From Bugula neritina (taxonomy: Eukaryota > Animalia > Bryozoa): DNA of 64,000 bases. Shown piece after piece: positions 59,197-64,000 of the stretch; position 1 is the stretch's first letter; each line of letters opens with the position of its first letter. The stretch is taken from the NCBI GenBank assembly GCA_964035545.1, contig OZ037767.1, forward strand, positions 25,312,628 through 25,376,627, given 5' to 3'. The translations under genes and the position numbers were made by a program. A model generated the notes under the pieces. That model was given only the letters and a program-made list of their open reading frames with translations. It was not told where the DNA came from and made no database searches.

Positions 59197-62100
59197 TGAG
59201 ATCAGTCTCCTTCTCTCCATCTCGTTTATTATTGCATCTAATTTCTGACTGCTTGAGGTAAACTAAAATACAATTGTTTAATGCCCGACACCAAATGTTT
59301 TGTTAACAAAACAATACAGTAAACCAAAGTTAAAACTATAATTAAATTCCATTATAAATTAACTACATAATAAATAAACCGCATTATAAATATAATACAT
59401 TTTAATTAAACTATAATATAACCAAACTATATTATAATTTAACACACTTGTTATAATTAAATTATATTGTTTAAACTACAATATAATCAAACTATATTAC
59501 AATTTAACACAGAGTCAAGTATGTTCACAAACGAGGGAGAAACTTCTAGAGCATACCGGAGAAGCAGACGTGGCAGAGTGCCTGTCCTTCAAGTGAGAAC
59601 TATGGAGAGTTGTGTTCTGCTGCTGGGACACACTCAGTATATCATCTATTGACAAGTCAACATCTTGTTTAGCTTTGCTAATGCCAGTAGACCTACTAAC
59701 AGTAAACAGGAAATTGAGAAAGGCTCATAGTAATAAGCGCCATAGCACACGTGTGCATTAACAAAGGTTGTCTTATGAAAGCAATTTTTATATATAAAAA
59801 TCACATTCTCAAAAGTCGGCACTACAACGAATCACAAACAAGAAAAAAATGTTCGAAAATATTCCAAAATTAATTATCACAAAATATAACTAAAATGGAA
59901 GCATAACTGCATTTTAGAAATACAGACAAGCAATCAAGAAATAGCATCTAAGCAAACAGTAAGGAAGGTTAGAATTCACCTCAAAGGTGACATAGTGGTG
60001 CTGGAAAGCTGTTTGACAGAATCATCTCTAAGGGACATATCAAACTCTGTTTTGTCTGCAATGTCCATCAAATGATGACGAGACTCCTAAAAGAAGGTGC
60101 AAGAACATAAAGTCAGTAAAACATTCACTGGCAGTTAGTCACTCACCCACTATTACCACCAGTAAGTCAAACATTTACTGCTAGTCAGTTATTCGCTCAC
60201 TATTACCAATAGTGAAACAGTTACTACCAGTTAGTCACTCATTGTCATTTCTTTGAAATTATCTTTTACAAAACAGACTCTAACTCAAAAAATTACTGCA
60301 TACACAATGTAAACAGTTAATACTTTAACATTATATTTAACGATGTCTAAATATAAATGTGTAGAACAACATACTTTTATCATGTTCCTAGCTTTAGCAG
60401 CTGTGTCCTCCACTCTTATTCGCTCCTGGGTCAGCAAATGGTGCTGCTCTAAATTCCGCCACTCGACATCCTTCTGGACACGTCTCGCTGTACTCAACTC
60501 TGATGCCAGGGCAGAGAATCTTTCTTTAAAATATCTGTTAGTATCTTCGAGTGTTTCTGTAGCCTACATAGAGAGAGTAAACAATTCATGTAGATGTGTC
60601 ATAGGCTGCCCAGTTGACCTGCTGACCACATAGCGTGAACCCACGGCAGCCCTCAGTCAACAACAGTCTTATGCTCTTACCAGGCAAGTTAACATTTAAC
60701 TACTTTATTATTTTGAAAAAACAAATTCCCAAGCAAACTACGAGTCTTTTACTTTTTATCTCTTGAAATGCTTCATAAAAATTTCAAAATAATATTTAGT
60801 TTTGAGTGTTAAAAAAAGTACTTTTTAAAGTGCATTTATGAACTGTAAGGTATTGGCGAACAATAACTTGCTAGCATTATTAAACACACAACACACTGCA
60901 CAGCGACATGCACTTACTATTTGCGTATCATTATTAGCTTCCATAAGTCTAGTCTCTGTAGCTTTCTGTAAAGCCTGCAGCGCAGAAATCTGCAACAAAA
61001 TGATTCAGTTTTATCAGCTAGTCTAGCCTTAAAATACAGTGAGACAGCATAAATTCTGCCTTTTGTCAGTCTGTATATTGCATGCTAATTTTTCCAACCT
61101 TTTAACACACAGTGCCACTTAGCCACCAGCTCACAGTAGCCCGTGAATACTATCACTAGTGGGGGTTTCAGCCTGTGACACAACCAATTATCCCCATTCA
61201 ACCAGAAAATGCCCCAATTCACATCTTTTTATGACTCTTACAGCAAACTACTGAACTACTAGAATATTAGACTACCTGCTTTTTACTTTCATGAAACTTG
61301 CTTCTAAGTTCTTCATTCTTCAACTCCTCAGCTTGCAGTAAACGGTCTTTCTCAGTTAAAGCCTGAATTTATTGGATAAATAAAACATGAAAAGAAATTC
61401 TCCAATTATTTGATTTACAATATTATATTTAGAATCCTAATCATGGGCAAATATTTCGAGTGTATTTATCTGAATAAAATAAACAAACGCTACAACATAT
61501 AACTTGACATGATGCATTTTGAAAAAAACGCAGCAAGACATAAATAAAGAAACTAACCTCTGTCTGTTCATTGTGCAGTGCGACAAGCTGCTTCATCTCT
61601 TTCTGCACTTCTTTAAACTGTGTGACAAATTTGTGAATAGTTTTCTCTTGACTTTTACATTGAGCTGACAACTCCTGTGTTTTTTGTCGAAGTTTGTTAG
61701 AATCATCTTCCGTGCTCTAAAGCAAAAAGTTGATTTTTAGGTCATTAAGCAGTTTCAATACAGGCTGGGTAGATTTTATAAATAGCTGTATATGAATTCT
61801 AGAATAGCCGACTCGAATTCAAACATTGCTGAGTTATTAAATAAATAAGAAGTTAGTATTAAATATTTAATAGAGAAATAAAGGTTGTCAACCAATCAAT
61901 TACTTTAACTTGAAGAATAAACGGCAACTTTACTTAAAATTTAAATAAATGATCAAAGAGTAATGCTTTGCTTGCATCTTCATATTCTAGTACTGTAAAT
62001 AAAAACATTTAAAATCCTGTTGAACTAAAATTTCCCAAATAATTTCTGAGTGTAAGTTATGTGCTCCTAGAGTATGTAGTGAGAGTTATGTGCTCCTAGA

Positions 62101-63992
62101 GTATGTAGTGAGAGTTATGTACTCCTAGAGTATGTAGTGAGAGTTATGTGCTCCTAGAGTATGTAGTGAGAGTTATGTGCTCCTAGAGTATGTAGTGAGA
62201 GTTATGTGCTCCTAGAGTATGTAGTGAGAGTTATGTACTCCTAGAGTGTGTAGTGAGAGTTATGTACTCCTAGAGTATGTAGTGAGAGTTATGTACTCCT
62301 AGAGTATGTAGTGAGAGTAGAAATCACATTAGTTGACTGATCATAACTCAAACACCTTCAACTTAGAAGCTTGCTTAGCCTTTTGCTTAAGTTTCTGTTC
62401 CACATCGGATAATTCTTGCTGCAAACAATTAACTTTCTCCTGCAGAGTCTCGTTTCGCTGACTCAGGTTGGAAACTTCTGTTTTCAAAGAGGAGTTTTGC
62501 TGCAACAAGCTGCTGTTTCTTTCCAGAATGTTCTCTGTCTCCGTCTGAACCTTCAATTATTGAGGATGTTCAGGAATGCTAGACTTCTAGTATACTAATA
62601 CAGCCCTATGATATTATGCCTATCACATTGTACTGAGCATATCTTTCTCAACAGCAAAACTATTAGTAACAAGTTGTGCAGCATATGGTAACGACAAAGT
62701 TAGTACATGCATATTTACAAACTGAGTGAGTAAAGTGTATGTGTCAAGATTCTCTCAGCAATGAGTGATTGTGAAATAATGATTAGCATGGAAAGTCAAC
62801 AAAGTGTAGGATAAAAGAGTGCAAAGCACATATTGAAAAGGCATAGTGAAGAATTCATAGTGGGAGGATAGAGTAAAAACTATATAAAAGGGCAAAGAGC
62901 AACTGAACAAAATGGTAGCTCAGAATACAAATTTACAGTAAATGTGTAGAGAGGCTGTAGAGAGAATTGAATCAGAGTGTATAACCAGAGTAAACAATGA
63001 GACTGCAACATGAAAATAGATAAAATAAGAGAATCCGACAGAAAATAATAGAAATGTACAGTATAAAGTGTAGAGTCACCTAGAAAATGAGAATGTATTC
63101 TATAGATATAAGCTAAATAGTAGCAGCATAGGAAGAATGGAGTGTCAAGACAGACTGTATAAACATGATTACATGACTTACAGTTCGTAGCTGGTCTTCC
63201 ATTCTCTGATAAGCCTTGTCTCTCTCCTTGCCTATTTGACTCTCTAAATCTGAGATCTTAGTGAGGTAAGACGATTCCTGTTGCTTCATTTTACTCTCCA
63301 CCTCTTTGCTGCACACATAAAAACGCTCAGTGTTTGTAACAAACAGTAACGGTAACGGCGAAATAGTCTAAGAGCACTTCATGCTTGTATATATGAAATA
63401 ATACAGTACCAAACAGCTAGCAACTACTGCATGTTAACTGATTATATTATAGAGCTCAGTGCAGTATGCTAACCTTTTAGAGGAGAGCTTATTATTTTCT
63501 GCCCTTTGCTTACAAAGAGTTTCTTCTAGGAGAGATACTTGAGCTCTGAGTTGCTCATTGAGCTCTAGAGTATCTTGCAGCGTGCGGACAAGTTTGGAGT
63601 TGTCCATTTTTACAGATTTTATTTCTCTTTCTATATTTTTCGTCTAAAGTAATATAATGTGAATGAGCCACTTATCTAGAGATAAACACTAATTCTGTAA
63701 TGTTGGCATATAAAAACATAAAAAACAAAGATTTCTATAATTAAAAACCACATAAACATATAAAGAACTCAATTATTTGAAATTGTCTAACGGCTTTAAA
63801 ACTCTGTGCGAAGAACATGCCTCACAAGTAAACAGATTGAGACATTCAATTAACATATAAGCTAACATACACATAGTTTAGTATACACAGGGAAGTACCT
63901 GACAAGACTGTTTGCTCTCCAACTCGCTGAACTTATCAGATACAGAGTCAAACTGACCCTCCACCTTCACAAGTTTATCTTGAAGTTTTTTC
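59194..63992 (-). CDS. CCDC150: Coiled-coil domain-containing protein 150-like, 3' part (5'-truncated by window edge)
   Basis: Exons 63992-63899, 63643-63474, 63308-63182, 62550-62356, 61716-61558, 61362-61276, 60989-60918, 60563-60375, 60086-59980, 59692-59557, 59262-59194 with consistent phases. Heptad-rich. QKATETRLMEANNDTQIATETLEDTNRYFKERFSALASEL resembles the recalled CCDC150 C-terminal motif (EATENTLKEAS...LEEAHRWFKHRF..LQ.EL). Confidence 0.72.
62055..62318. repeat. 29-bp minisatellite, about 9 copies
   Basis: Unit agttatgt(g/a)ctcctagagtatgtagtgag, intronic, about 40 nt from a donor. Confidence 0.97.
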
Positions 63993-64000
63993 CTAAACAA

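Noticed and set aside
62055-62318. CRISPR-sized repeats (also at 18593 and 22886)
   Set aside because: Head-to-tail units with no unique spacers, in eukaryotic introns, with no cas genes.

Overview
AT-rich, gene-dense DNA from an invertebrate with short GT-AG introns. A lophotrochozoan origin is inferred but not proven. All gene models were built by hand-translating exons and checking intron phases. Gene order: TMEM135 (+, 5'-truncated), MRPL51 (-), GAPDH (+), eIF2-gamma/EIF2S3 (+), SFT2-like (-), an unrecognised 10-exon Lys-rich gene (-), a 102-aa neuropeptide-like precursor ending in SSDRYIHF-G (+), an unrecognised single-TM protein (-), the NR2E nuclear receptor dissatisfaction (+) and CCDC150-like (-, 5'-truncated). 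Mobile DNA comprises a young Copia LTR element (7041-10972) with permuted pol domains, a hAT non-autonomous element carrying a nested MITE, a Harbinger MITE, two foldback elements and a tRNA-derived fragment. Four observations stand out. (1) Tandem duplications repeatedly span splice sites and build arrays of AG|GT motifs (GAPDH, EIF2S3 twice, the orphan gene). (2) The Copia internal region is domain-scrambled. (3) The neuropeptide precursor could not be assigned to a family. (4) Short-palindrome low-complexity tracts occur in the first introns of housekeeping genes and flank both sides of an inferred MRPL51/GAPDH bidirectional promoter.
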